Source of the DNA: Phoronis australis
Lineage: Eukaryota > Animalia > Phoronida
Assembly: GCA_002633005.1 (NCBI GenBank)
Contig: NMRA01000056.1
Span: 257,165-321,164, forward strand
Direction: 5' to 3'
DNA length: 64,000 bases
Position numbers and translations under genes: made by a program. The notes under the pieces are model-generated. The model did no database searches. It worked only from the letters and a program-made list of their open reading frames with translations, and was not told the DNA's origin. This document shows positions 25,441 through 37,715 of the stretch, one piece after another (within the stretch, counting starts at the first letter, position 1; each line of letters opens with the position of its first letter).

Positions 25441-25730
25441 CCCCCTGTTTACATGCACAACTCCCAAAATTAGAACGTGGTGAACGTTGTAGACAGAAAG
25501 GTGGAGTGTACATACTCAGGTTGAAAATGGTGGAGTTGCAACTGGTGGAGTTGCAACTGATGTTGGTAGTTTTTGCATTATGTAGAAGTTGTTGAAGACA
25601 TACCGGTGATTATATAGAACTTGGAACTTAAAAGTCAAATGTCAGTTGGCAATTTGTAGATGTGGTACCAAATTTGTATGATATTGTTCACGTGCAGGTC
25701 AAGTGACTGCTGTTTTGTGTTTGACACATT

Positions 25731-25851
25731 TAAACTTCTGTCTACACACAGTTGACAACCCTGTTCCGTGTAAACTTCTGTTTACACACACAGTTGACAA
25801 CCCTGTTCCATGTAAACTTCTGTTTACACACACAGTTGATCCATGTAAACT
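25731..25851 (+). repeat. ~40-42-bp minisatellite, ~3 units
   Basis: TAAACTTCTGT(C/T)TACACAC(AC)AGTTGACAACCCTGTTCC(G/A)TG repeated. Confidence 0.95.
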
Positions 25852-27807
25852 CTCTCCCTGACAGCTGTTCCCTGTCCATGTTTGTAATATAAACAACCTT
25901 ATAGTGCTGGGAACATGCTGGACACATTACATCTACATTTAGTGTGGCATCACAGTTACTGTTTTGCTCAGGTTTTGTGCTCACTTGACTTCCACTGACG
26001 CGTGTTGATATGCATCAGTAATTCAAGAATTGGCTTCAGGTGGCGCTGTTTCTGGATCATGTAAGTGACTACCTCCTACCAGACTTGCCTAGGCTAATAT
26101 TAGCCTCTGCATTGTGCCATCTGAAAAAATGAAGGTTTTAAATTTCAAAGGTCAGTGCTGAGACCAATATGTTATGCAGTGTTGGCAAAAAACTGGTTCA
26201 GTACATTTATTGAGCCATGTTTTGATGTATTCTTAATGGTGGTGGACAGATGGGATTGAGTTAGAAAAAGTGTTAGTTGTGGAGATTAACTTGTGTATTA
26301 GAAAATTATTTTAATTTAGCACGCATAATAGGATCTACCCATAGAATTTTTTTGTCAAATTTCTCAGCCAAAAATATTTTTTAAATTAGCTTGTCTTCAT
26401 TCTTAGCATAGTCTGAGCTGAACAGTTGTCATAAAACAAAATGTGGAACGTAACACTACATGGTTATGAGCCCCCAAGGTACGTCATTAGTGCAAAGGTC
26501 ACCTATTTGCAGAATTTTTTTGTTTTCACATTTACGAGTTGTCAGTGAATACAACTGCACTTTGCTTAGTATAGATGATGTTCAAATAACATTGTCGTTA
26601 AGTTCCTGCTATATATTAGCATAGTTAGGAGCATGCAAATATGTCTTTAAAATTATCTAGGACCTTAGTAAACAACCTCAACTCCAAGTCAAGTATCGAA
26701 AAAATATGCTTTGTCAACCATTAAGAGTATATATTTTCTGAAAGTACGAAGATTGGGGATTCTAAAAGTATTATCCTTACTACTGTGTCTTTATTATTGT
26801 CATGTGACCACATTTTTAAGTCAAATTTTCATGTACAAGAAAGGTACATTGATAGGAAAATACCCCTGCCAATTTTATTAAAGCTTTTTTTTTAAATGAA
26901 AACTTTATGTTATGTCTCAAGACGCTATAAGGAATTTTTTTATTCACTTCGTTCATGTTTATGCTAAATTTAGTCTCAAAACACAAGGCGTTTTTTTAAA
27001 AAAAATAGCTCGGTCCCGCAAAAACTAGGCATTTGAATAGTTGACAAAGCAAAGTTTTTTGATATTTGACTTAGAGTTCAGTTGAGGTCATTGATGAAGG
27101 TCTCACATTATCTTAAGTAAATAAGCTTGTGACCTTACAATTTTCAAAATGACCACCTCTCGGGGATTGTATGGAAGCGGTGGGGTGTTGATTTTGGTAA
27201 TTATTACCCATAATTCTCACCACTTCCTTAGTAAACCATGCTTTCTACCCATGAGTGTCTGCTGAACGTCTCGTGTTGTTACTCGTTTGTATTCCCTATC
27301 ACCTAAGGTCAGCTCAGTTGTACCAGGATTGAAAAATAACGCTATTAGTTTGAGCTCCTGCCCTGCACACAAGTTCAGTAAGAGCCCTTAAGTTTAGGAC
27401 AATAACAATTGTTAAAATTGGTATTTTCATATTTTTCAAAGGTTTTTCGTTGCTCTATTGCAACTACACAACATATTTATTTTTTTAATGAATAATTTGA
27501 AAAAGTGAAATTCCTCTTAACCTCCACACCCCACTGCCATAAAATATTGAATTGTGAACAGAATAATGCTTAATGTAACATGCAAATTAACTGTCACGGT
27601 GAGGGCATGGACTTTCTAACATGCATGGGATGACAGGGCTGTCCCAGAATAGAGCGACACTCAATCTAGCTGGATTTACCCACAATACCATAACCATTCA
27701 TCAGGCAAATTTGCTGCCTCATTTTCATGTCACTGAAGTTCCACATGTTATTTGTTACTGATTCTTTACAAGTTTTTCTCGATTGCATTACTCTATTTGT
27801 CCTTAGA

Positions 27808-27948
27808 ATGCCAGCGAAGTATTACTGTTGTGCTGTGGGCTGCAACTTCGACGTGAGAAAGTTTGATAAATTGGACAAATACCCGTGAATACGTGATCTA
27901 AAATGCTTCATCTTCCCAACTCCAATTAGAGACGAGAAATGTGCCTGA
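27808..27948 (+). pseudogene. THAP-domain N-terminus remnant, probably from a DNA transposon
   Basis: MPAKYYCCAVGCNFDVRKFDKLDKYP*IRDLKCFIFPTPIRDEKCA* fits the THAP start (MP..CCxxGC…F.FP). It has in-frame stops and a second copy at 50809. Confidence 0.6.
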
Positions 27949-28312
27949 TTTCCAAAATGAGATCAATCGATTTGTTATGTCCTCGACAAAGGAGGAGAGT
28001 ACTGTCGCTGTGTAATCCTGGATGGCCTTTAATTTGGTTATTATAGTGGAGTTTGACTTCACTGTAAAAGAGAACACCCATCTTGTCTTCTGTGGCATTG
28101 TTGACTCTGGAATTGGATAGATCTGGGTTTGACAAGAGATTAAAAACTGATAAGTTGATAGACATGGTGAGGTCACAGGAAAAAGGGCTTGTATCAATTT
28201 ATCTGTTGCTATCAGAACTGAGTTTATATGAGAAGCAACATTTCACCAGGCATTAGATTCTCTTGGCTATTCATGATTTGTGTTGTGAAAGCACTGGACT
28301 CGGTAAGTGTAT

Positions 28313-28625
28313 GGTTATGTGTAGGACCCTTGGAAACATGCATAATTTGGCTAACTTAGGAACATCATATCGCCTCAGAAAGGGCTGATTGAATTCATGT
28401 GAAACGTTCAGATACTATATTTTATGTTTTATAGTATGTTCTCCAAAACCCAGTTAGGAATCATTTTTAAAATGTTCCAATTTTGCACGAGGCCTCATTG
28501 AAAACTAGGACATTGTGATTTTTATGAAAAAAATTCTGAACTTGCATCAAAGGAAAAATATTTTTGAAAACTGTAACGTCGATTTTGAGATCTGATCTTG
28601 AACAATTACTTCAAATAAAATTTAA
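28313..28625 (+). repeat. Dispersed repeat, copy 2 (partner 8812-9110)
   Basis: Same core sequence and collinear flanks as copy 1. Confidence 0.75.
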
Positions 28626-28879
28626 CCTAACCTTATTATTGATACCCTTGTTTTCCTGTCAATAGATGGTCAAAAGTCAAATTCCTGAGGTCCTCCACTG
28701 CTATATCTCCAAAACCACTTTTTTGGATGGTCATGAAATTAATTTTTACATACATGTTCCTATCAATGGTTGAGCCGACTTCTGATATGTTCCCTTGCAG
28801 CAATTTTATTTTGCTACGTTTGCCTCTATATCTTTGGTTTTGAAGACTGATTTTCAGGAAATTTCGCAAATAGGTTTCT

Positions 28880-29640
28880 GTGAAGGTGGTGTCGCCACCT
28901 AGTCGCCATTTTTATAGTTCTCCAGTCTTTGTTGGCAATCGACCTGTCTCTGTCTGCCAAATTACTTTAGGAATGACTATTAAANATTGGTATTTGTGTT
29001 CCTATTCAAGAGAGGACGGCTGTCAATGATTTTCTGGTGGCTCTGACTACTGTGGCGCATCCTAGTGGTAGTTTTGTTTTTTTTGTGTCCGCGGCTGTAT
29101 ATCCCGAACCCCTTGCAGGATCTTTGTTAAATTTGACAATTGTATTTTTATGATAGTGACAATGGGTGATGACGATGACTTTCAGATGATTCCGACTAAC
29201 CACAGTGCCCCCTAGTAGCAATTTTTAAAAACTTTTCCTCTGTATATTTTGGAATTCCTTGGCGGATGCAAATGAAATTTGGCTGATAGATTTCTATAAA
29301 TGAGACGATAATACCTTGTTCCTGTTCAAGTAAAAACAACATGTTGTGCATCATCTGAGCACCCATTTTTATTATTTTTGAGTCTGCTTGTGGCATCCAT
29401 CTCTGTATCATACAAACTTCTCTGAGGATTATTTTGAATTTTTTTTTTGTTCCTGCTGGTAAGAGCATTGCTGATGCTGATTTTCAGATGACTCGGCTAT
29501 TGTGGCACCTCGTAGTGGCAGTTTTGTGTTTTTCTCGACCACGACTGTATGTCTTAAACTTTTAGGAGGAGGAACGTGACAACAAATGGCAATGACTTCC
29601 GTTTACTGTGGTGTCCCCTATTGGCAGTTTTAGCTTTTTA
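28880..29640 (+). repeat. Degenerate ~150-bp-period array with CTCF-like motifs, related to 59485-60235
   Basis: Units end in TTTCAGATG…GACTA…GTGGCGCCCCCTAGTGGCA-like sequence at ~28891, 29054, 29204, 29504 and 29610. Confidence 0.7.
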
Positions 29641-31890
29641 CGTTTTCTTGTACTGTATGGATATTGTCTAACAACCTCTCATAATGTTCCCTTAAGCATT
29701 GATGGAAATTAGTCATCATTTGAAATATGGAAAAGCTGAATAGTTATGTCTATCTCAATTTAGAGAATTAATACCATTTTCAAAAGGTCTCCGGGTACAG
29801 GAAATGCATTCCGATAGCTTAGCTGAAGAGACTTTAAAGTGATGTCAGTTGTTATGCTTCAGACTTTGACAGTATTCCTTTGGTGTTATTTTCCATTTAA
29901 TTATTTTCTGCCTTCATTCCCTGTGCATCAGTGAACTGGCTGGTTTTGCTCAGCTCTGAATGGGAGGTGTCCATCAGTTAATTACAGGGGTTTCCTCTGT
30001 GGCAAATGCTTCTGTTTACCTTGGCTAATGGTAATGCAGACCACATGCAAGCTTTCACCATAACTTAGCCTCAAGATGTATTGCAAATGGCAGACCCCCA
30101 TGTATGACAGATGTCAATGGGTAGTTTTACAAATATTGTTGCCCATTACTTCCTCTTGGCCTCAGTGTTTCCTGTGAAGTTCACTGACATTAAGTTGTGC
30201 TGGTAAGGTGATTTTTTATACATTGCCAACAAAAATAATTGTTATTAATGGTCATTTTTCAATTTTGTTGTTGAATGCTCAGAACACTGCTAAAATCCTC
30301 AAAATTTTGCAGAATGTAGTGCTGTTTGGTAACAATAGTAAATTTTATTAAGATATTATATTAAAAAATGGGTCGCTGTTATGCTTTGTGGAGAGATTGA
30401 TGTAACAGAATTTCCATTTTCTGCCTTAATTCCTTCTGAATTGAAGATCTTTTTCTGCAAATGCCTATTTATCATGTTGCTAATGCCAACTATTTAGCAG
30501 TATTTTGTGAACTTTGTGGTGGCAATGAACGTGATCATGTTTTTTGTTCAGAAAGCATAACAAGTACTGGTGCGTGGATCGACTGTCGTTATAATTTATA
30601 TTTTGTTATTGCTAATGCAACATGAATGCGTGCTCTCGAGAATCAACTTCCGTATTCACTGTGCAGTGAAATATGTTAGCTGCTGCTAAAGGTTCAGTGA
30701 CCAAGTTGCTTTCTTCTGTCGTAGGCAAATTTAAGAGGTGGGTCCAGAGTGCTGGGCAACCCTTCATAAACTATCATCACTAAAAATGGTGTGGCAACAC
30801 ATTATTTTGTTATCGTGAGCACCTGCTCTTACCAGTTGCATGATATCCTAGATATACCAGCATTTGTGTTACTTAAACACTGGCTATCAGATCATTGGTC
30901 TTGAGTACAACCTGTGGGACTGCCTACTGGAGCTAGCCAACACCAACACTAGAGTGTATTCTCTTACTTGGATCGGGTCAGATTATCTCCACATGTAACC
31001 AGATGTATTTCAGACAAAAAAGCATGGCATTATCTGTTACATCGGGCACCACGAGTTGTGCCAAGACCATTTCTACTGTTCATAACTGGGCTTCCTTTCC
31101 TCTCCTTCCCTTCCTAGTAAACTGTCCCTTTGCCGAACTACTGTTGAGTGGACTTACAAATTGCCTCGATATGTTGTTAGGCGGGTTTGGGTGGGCCGAC
31201 TCATGAACGAGATGGTCTTGCCACGAGGGTGACTGGGAGCAAACGGGTTCACTGGTTCAGATCAGCATCCAGATGCTGAGACATGCAGCGCTACCTTTTG
31301 TTGAGAAATGGAACTACGTTTTCCATATGAAATTCTGCTGTTATTAACTATGGAGCTGAGTTTTGATGTTCATCTTTTTAGTTGTTAGACTTGGAATGCC
31401 TGTTTTGACTTGGTATATTTGCTGCTTCAAGAGTGTTATAAATCAGTTGTTTTTATTTTTTGTTGTGGATTTTGTTTCAAAATTAGTAATGCTTTGTAGT
31501 CTTTTTTCTTGTATTCGTTTTAACACTGGAAATATGAACTTAAAGATATTGAGTACTCTTCATGTAATTTTGTTTATTACTTGAGTACATGGCGTTTCAC
31601 TCTTTGTCAATTTTCCATTGTTTTGAGATCCTGGCAAAAATGGAGTCGTGAAATAATGCAACTTAATATTTTTTTTTTGTTTTCTATGGCTTTTCTATCG
31701 TTGAACTTGATAATTATTCATTTTTCACTTTTATCTTACTTTGAAGTTAGCTTTTTTGACCCACCAATGTAGCGCTCACATTGAGAACTACTCACGAACT
31801 CAGCACTGTCTTATTTTATGGACAAAAATGCATTTTTGGAAATGTCTATTGATGCTTTTTATTACACACGGCACTTTCTGTTTGTTGCAG

Positions 31891-32065
31891 CAGTCAATAT
31901 GAAGAAAGCCAAATATGGACTAGAATGTCTGACCAAGAAGAACGGAGTAACACGAGCCCCACAGTTGACCAAATCGGACACTATATCACCGCCGTCTTCT
32001 ATGCCACGTGTGCTGAGTACAAGTGCACTAAGAATTCCACGGAATAAGTACTCCTTCTGGCAGAG
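31891..32065 (+). CDS. Candidate alternative 5' coding exon of PDE4 (ATG at 31899)
   Basis: Polypyrimidine/NAGNAG acceptor ctttctgtttgttgCAG|CAG. AATATG start, then 55 open codons MKKAKYGLECLTKKNGVTRAPQLTKSDTISPPSSMPRVLSTSALRIPRNKYSFWQ. Donor AG|GTTGGT is phase 2, in frame with exon 58117. Composition is more GC/CpG-rich than the flanks. Confidence 0.6.
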
Positions 32066-32535
32066 GTTGGTCGCACATTGTATACGGTCAGCGACACCTG
32101 TTGGTTGCAGTGAAACTGATCTTGTGACTGGTGGAATTTTGGAAATCCGCCATCTGCTGTTGTGCTCTGAGAGTTCTGACTTGTAATTGTAGCCTCTGTT
32201 GGTTGATTGTGTTGCCTTGACTGAATGTTCTTTTGAAAATCCACTGATTATAGGCTGATGCTCCATGTTACATCCTTGCCCACTACTACTGCCATCTATT
32301 GGCAGTTAGGGATTTTCTGCTGATATATATAACTGTGGTTTGGTTACATGGGAGTTCTTTGCTAATTTTGCACAGGAATAATGCCTCTAAAATTGTCATT
32401 TTCTACTATTCAAAGTCTGGTTACCTTGCTGTAAAATGTCTCATGGATTCTCCTCTGTGTGGAGCTAGTAAGTTTCTAGTAGCTTAAGTTTCTAGGTCTT
32501 TAGTTTTGTGTGGGAGATTATGTCACATTTCTAGG

Positions 32536-32692
32536 CAATGGCGGATTTAGGGATGGGTCAAGGACGCCATGCCCCCCCCTAAAATTCTCCCAGATTCTAT
32601 GTGGCAGTCTGATGGTGCAAATGTCAGACAGGCAAAGTCCTGGCTACCTGCCCTGTTCCCCCCACCGACTCAAAATCCTGGATCTGCCCCTG
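32536..32692. mobile_element. 157-bp MITE with 5-bp target-site duplication CTAGG
   Basis: CTAGG|caatggcggatttagg … cctggatctgcccctg|CTAGG, TIR 11/16. Confidence 0.7.
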
Positions 32693-34284
32693 CTAGGCAT
32701 CATGTAATAAGCCGGTTTGCCGCTATGTTGTGTCACTAGAGAAGTGGCTACATTTTACCATGAATAGTGTAATTGCGCTTGGAAACTTACCTTTCGACGA
32801 AAACATAATTGGTCCTGTCTGTACCCTGGATCATATTGAAACTTGTGCCTTACCACAATATAAAGCCAAAAAGACTACCCCGTCATTAATTTTATACAAG
32901 ATCTTAATTGCCAGGTGAGACATAATTACCTGTTCATGATACACTGCTCCTGCACACTTTGATACTGACAGTTGCATCCCTACCACCTCAAACCTGTATC
33001 TATTGCATTGCATGTTACTGCCATCTATTGGTGGAGAATGGGTATCTGTTGCAGTGGTGAGAATAGCTGTGGTGTTTGTGAGGTGTGAACGAAATGACTG
33101 GAAGTTGCACTGGCACGAATGCATTGTATTTTGTCTCTTAAGATTTTCATGAGATGTCTGTTTTTTGTCATTTGCGTGGTGAAACTATTTGAGCAAACAA
33201 GCAGATAATGTTGAAAATTTTGTGTAGAAGTTTCAGTGATTAGATAAGAGTACAGTATCATAATATTTGACTCGTCATTATGCGATTAATGAAGGTTTCC
33301 GTATGTTCATCATTTGACAAAATCGCCGATAATTTTAGTGAAAAGACTCTGCTTGGACTTTTAGATCCCCGGAATCAACAGTGCCACGACAAGGCAAATA
33401 AAGCAGAGTTGATTCTGGTTTTGACCTCGACTCGTTTTGAGACGTGGCTCTGAGACTAAATATAAAGGAGAAAAAAAACACGAGACCTCCCGCATCTATT
33501 TCAGCCAAGGTATTGTGTTTTGTGAAAAGCTGCACAAAGGCACGTAAGCAAGCTTGGTATGCAAGCTTTCAGACGACTAATTTTCTTAGCGATGAGTAAA
33601 AAAGCCCGTATCATTTCTGCTCATCTCTGGTTGATTTTGTACTTAAAATCATGAACAACTTAAAAACTACCACATCACCGGCTCGATTTTAAAAAATGCA
33701 GACCAGAACCTACTAAACTCTTCTGAAAAGAGCTTTGTCACAACTAGCCACCATAATGTCAAAGTTCTTTCAAACTTAATTGGCAAACCTTGTTTTCATT
33801 AATGATAAAAGATAGTGTTTCAACAAGGATGTCATCATTTCTGCTTAAACTGAAGTTGCCCTAATCCCAAAATCGGAACATTAGGCCTGAAGTTAGACCT
33901 CTACTGATGCTGGTGATTTACACAGGTAGAAAGCAGTGTATATTTTTCATAAGTACAGTCCAATCAATCAACCAGCCTATAGACAATTAACCTTGTTTCA
34001 ACCAGTTTTAATATCATGTGTCAGTGTGCAGGAGTACCCCCTGCTGTCAGTTGTATTAATTAGTGAAAGTTGATAGGCTGGTGGTGATTCACCACTCATT
34101 TATTACCTCACGCTCAACCATTCATACAGGTGACAACACCATGTACTTTTGTCCGAGTGGCTTTCCCTTCTGAAGAAATGAGGTATTGGCCTAGGGTATT
34201 GGAAAACATTTTTAACCTCCCTCAGAAAGTAAAGGAGTCATACTGAGATAAATTCGAAGGATATAAAAGCGAGCGTTTCGATGG

Positions 34285-34425
34285 TGACGCGCCATCTTGT
34301 CCACTCTGTTAGTCGACACCAGGTGATGCGCGTGGCTTGCTTCTGAAGCATCTGCTACGATGCAAGAGGGCCCACGCATGCAACCTGGTGTTGTCGGAAA
34401 GAGTGAATAAAATGGCGGGCTGTCA
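34285..34425. repeat. GC-rich ~140-bp fold-back hairpin
   Basis: Arms cgccatcttgtccactctgttagtcgacaccaggt…gcgtgg versus reverse complement cgccattttattcactctttccgacaacaccaggt…gcgtgg. Confidence 0.8.
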
Positions 34426-35207
34426 TAGTTTTGAGTGGCTTAACCTTGTCCAGCAGCTTAGCTTTCGCAGCCATACTAGATGTTTATACTGTTAGTTTCT
34501 GTAAAAATGACTAACAAAAGGAAATCGGTTTGATTGTAGTGTCCTATAAAGTGGAGAGGGCAATGGTACTTTAAATATGCTGGAAAAAATAGTACAGTGC
34601 TAACTTGTGTAGAGTTACCCAGTAATTGCAGGAAAGGTATGGCTGATTATATAATTGTATTATTGGGTAATTGTCGTAGGATATTTTTCATCAATTATTT
34701 TTTCCGTGAATGTTGTCCGAAACTCGCATTTCATGATATTTCAAATCCCATGCCATCCACTTATTTTTGGTTTGCATGGTTAAATGATTTATAGTTGATG
34801 TCATTTGGTCTACTGCCCAGAATTGTAAAATTTTGAATTGAGCACAATCTGTATTTTTTCCTTACCCATGACAAAGTTGTCCAACTCAGAGTTTGAGATC
34901 TTCAAACTGTTCTCAGTGCAATTCTTCTTGAAGATTGACCAATTGCTTCTCGAGAAATTTGAAAGTTCTCTCATTGTTCAGTCTTCTGTAAAACGTCATG
35001 GTCAAGGGGGCATTAAAAACGATAGTGTGTAGGTTTCAGTATTTTGGAAAAAGAAAGATATTAAGGGTATTGATGTTGAATTTGTATTTTTTTGCAAAAA
35101 AAATAAAATTGATTCAAAAATTGAATAGTTGTCAATCCCATCTCTGAAAGTACTTTACCCTTCAGCACTGCTTAGCTCACTTGAATGGTAGCTGACTATG
35201 AAGAACC

Positions 35208-35354
35208 CAGGCGTGCGTTCAGTAGACGCTAGGACCTACGCTAGGACCTAGCTAAAATCTAGTCAAGGTCACGTGTTCTCATTTAAAATACACGGCAATA
35301 TCTCACGTAATCTCGCGAAGTCTTGCTTTTTAGCGAGATCCTAGCGTTACTGAA
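35208..35354. mobile_element. MITE with CTAGGACC/GGTCCTAG repeats (family copy 2)
   Basis: CGTTCAGTA…TACTGAACG inverted ends; core shared with 19607-19740. Confidence 0.75.
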
Positions 35355-36659
35355 CGGGAGACTGGATACACCAAAGCTTAAACTACCTATTGGCCAAATA
35401 TCACACCACTTCACAAAGAATCTTTGTCAGAATGATGAAGCCAGGTAGTCCTATTGGGGTGATACATTAGTGAAAATTTAAGCAAGAAACTCCGGTGTAG
35501 CTATATATAAAGACTTAGGTCTGCTACTTTACAGCTTTTACGATGGTATGTACAGTAAAAAGTAGGGCTTTAGGTCAATGGAAATGGCATTGTCGGGTCT
35601 GCTCTCTGTTTTTTTAAACTGTCACGGTATTCTTTTTAGTTTCCATATTTTCAAAGAGGTCACTCAATGTCAGCTCAAGTGGATCGCTACCTCTCCTTTT
35701 TATCCAGCGCACGGCGGCCAGTGTCAACTGTTATGGATGTACACTATTCAGCATACTTTTCCGGCTTAAAAACGCTAGCATTGTCACCTGATACCAGCTA
35801 CGAGGGACAGGTTTCAAAAGGAGTTGAGCGCATAACAGAACCTAAATTAGACATCTCTTCCTTGGCCCTAGGTGCAGAGATATTCTATGAAAATGACCAA
35901 AAGTAGCCTGTGATGACTACTAAATTTCAAACAATTAAGGTGTTTTAATCCTGGTTCATAGATTTATGGTGGTGACTGGCGTCTGCTGTTGTACCCCTTG
36001 CGGGATCGTCTGTATTAAAACTGATAAAAAATGCTGGAAAACCATGTCTGAGATCTTCCATAGCGCCAATGTTTTTAAAGGGAATTTTTGTGAAATAGGG
36101 GTACGCTTATTACCTTTTTTGTTTTCTTTCAAGTTAATGCAGTTTTTGTTGATATGTCAATATAGATAGTGGTTGTTATTTCGTAAATTCTTTTGTGAGA
36201 TCTTCATTGTTAGTCCTGTTATTCATATTTGACAATCTGCTGTGTACATTGTGTTGAAAACAGGCAAATTGATTGACTGCCTTATTTGTATTAGTACACA
36301 CAGTAGTGTCTTATCACTGGTATCATACATAACCTTTTGAGACACATCACAGATCATTCAAAATACACTTACAACCACAGTAAACCTGTAAAATCAACAA
36401 TAGGTATCACAACTGAAGTGCCCGAAGCAGAATGTCACTCAGATTTCGTCTGAATATATTATGTCTGTTAAAAGCATGTGTGTCAAATTTGCTTGCAGAT
36501 TGTCAAAATGATTAACAAACTTTTTCCCAAAGGAGCATAGTGTGTCATGAAGGTGTTGAAATAGAAAATCTGTCTTCCTACATTTAAAACTCTTAGCCTG
36601 TGCCAACTTGTCAAATGTTGTGTGTTGGTTTTTAGCATTACCCTGATGCCCTTGTTATT

Positions 36660-37070
36660 TGCATAGTGTATAAAATAAGGAAAACATTCATATTTTCCAT
36701 CTACTGTCATGCACAGTAGATAAGAAAGTGCTCATATATCCAATCTTCAGTCAAGCACAGTGAATAAGATAAAGAAATTTTTGCATTCCAATCTTCAATC
36801 ATGTGCAGTGGATAAGATAAAGGATTTTTTCGTATTCCCATCTTCAATCATGTGCGGTAGATAAGATAAAGAAAATGCCTGTATTTCCGTCAATCATGCT
36901 CAGTAGATAAGATAAAGAAAATGCTAATATTTCCAATCTTCAATTGTGTGCAGTAGACAAGATAAAAAAGTGTTTGTTTTCAATCTTCAATCATGTGTAG
37001 TGGATAAGATGAAGTTGTGCAGTGGGGAAGATTTAAGAAAATAATCATATTTCCTATCCACAGTCATGTT
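36660..37070 (+). repeat. ~50-55-bp minisatellite, ~7-8 degenerate units
   Basis: Repeated TCTTCAATCATGTGCAGTAGATAAGATAAAGAAAA…TATTTCCAA. Confidence 0.9.
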
Positions 37071-37715
37071 CATGGAAAGAAACAGTTGGATTTATGTAAT
37101 AATGAGTTTGAACAATCTAATACAGCAAGTGAGATACTTTACTTCTAAGATGAGCATGTATAATGTCCACCTTTTAAATTTTTGTATCAGTAATAACAAT
37201 GAGTTCAACATTAGCAGTTTGAACTATTCCTGACCCAAGGGATTCTCGTCTGTTCCTAAATATCAAACTGGTATTCTATTGACGTAATACAAGTATTTTA
37301 CGTCATTGGTATTTGTACCATGCTTAGATCACCAGATTCTATGGAAGTTAATTAGTCATTACAAGTTACTTGACAAATGTACCATTTTGAACTTTTCTCA
37401 TGGCCATGCTCGGCTTACTCACCATTCCCGGTTATTTCCAAAATTTTCACTTTTAAGCGTCCATGCAGGTTTCCTTGTACAATTCTTGACGTGAAAGTGC
37501 CTAGTGTCTCTGTTTACACCTGTCTCCTTACAATTTTAGCTCCCAAAAGTAAGTGACGTTTGCCTTACTCGAGCAGAAAATAATCTTATTCTCTTGCTCA
37601 TTTACTGAAAGTGACAGAAAACGTTTCTTTTGGCTCATGCACATTCTGATATTTGTTACATCATTGCTAAATTCTATTAGTCGTTTTACACCAACCTCCA
37701 GTCTATTTATGTTGT

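Noticed and set aside
31862-32266. 134-aa minus-strand ORF
   Set aside because: Best explained as the antisense shadow of the + strand exon candidate; no recognisable motif.
36660-37070. Regularly spaced repeats as a CRISPR array (also 25731, 56113 and 57758)
   Set aside because: Whole units repeat with no unique spacers, there are no cas genes, and the context is a eukaryotic intron.
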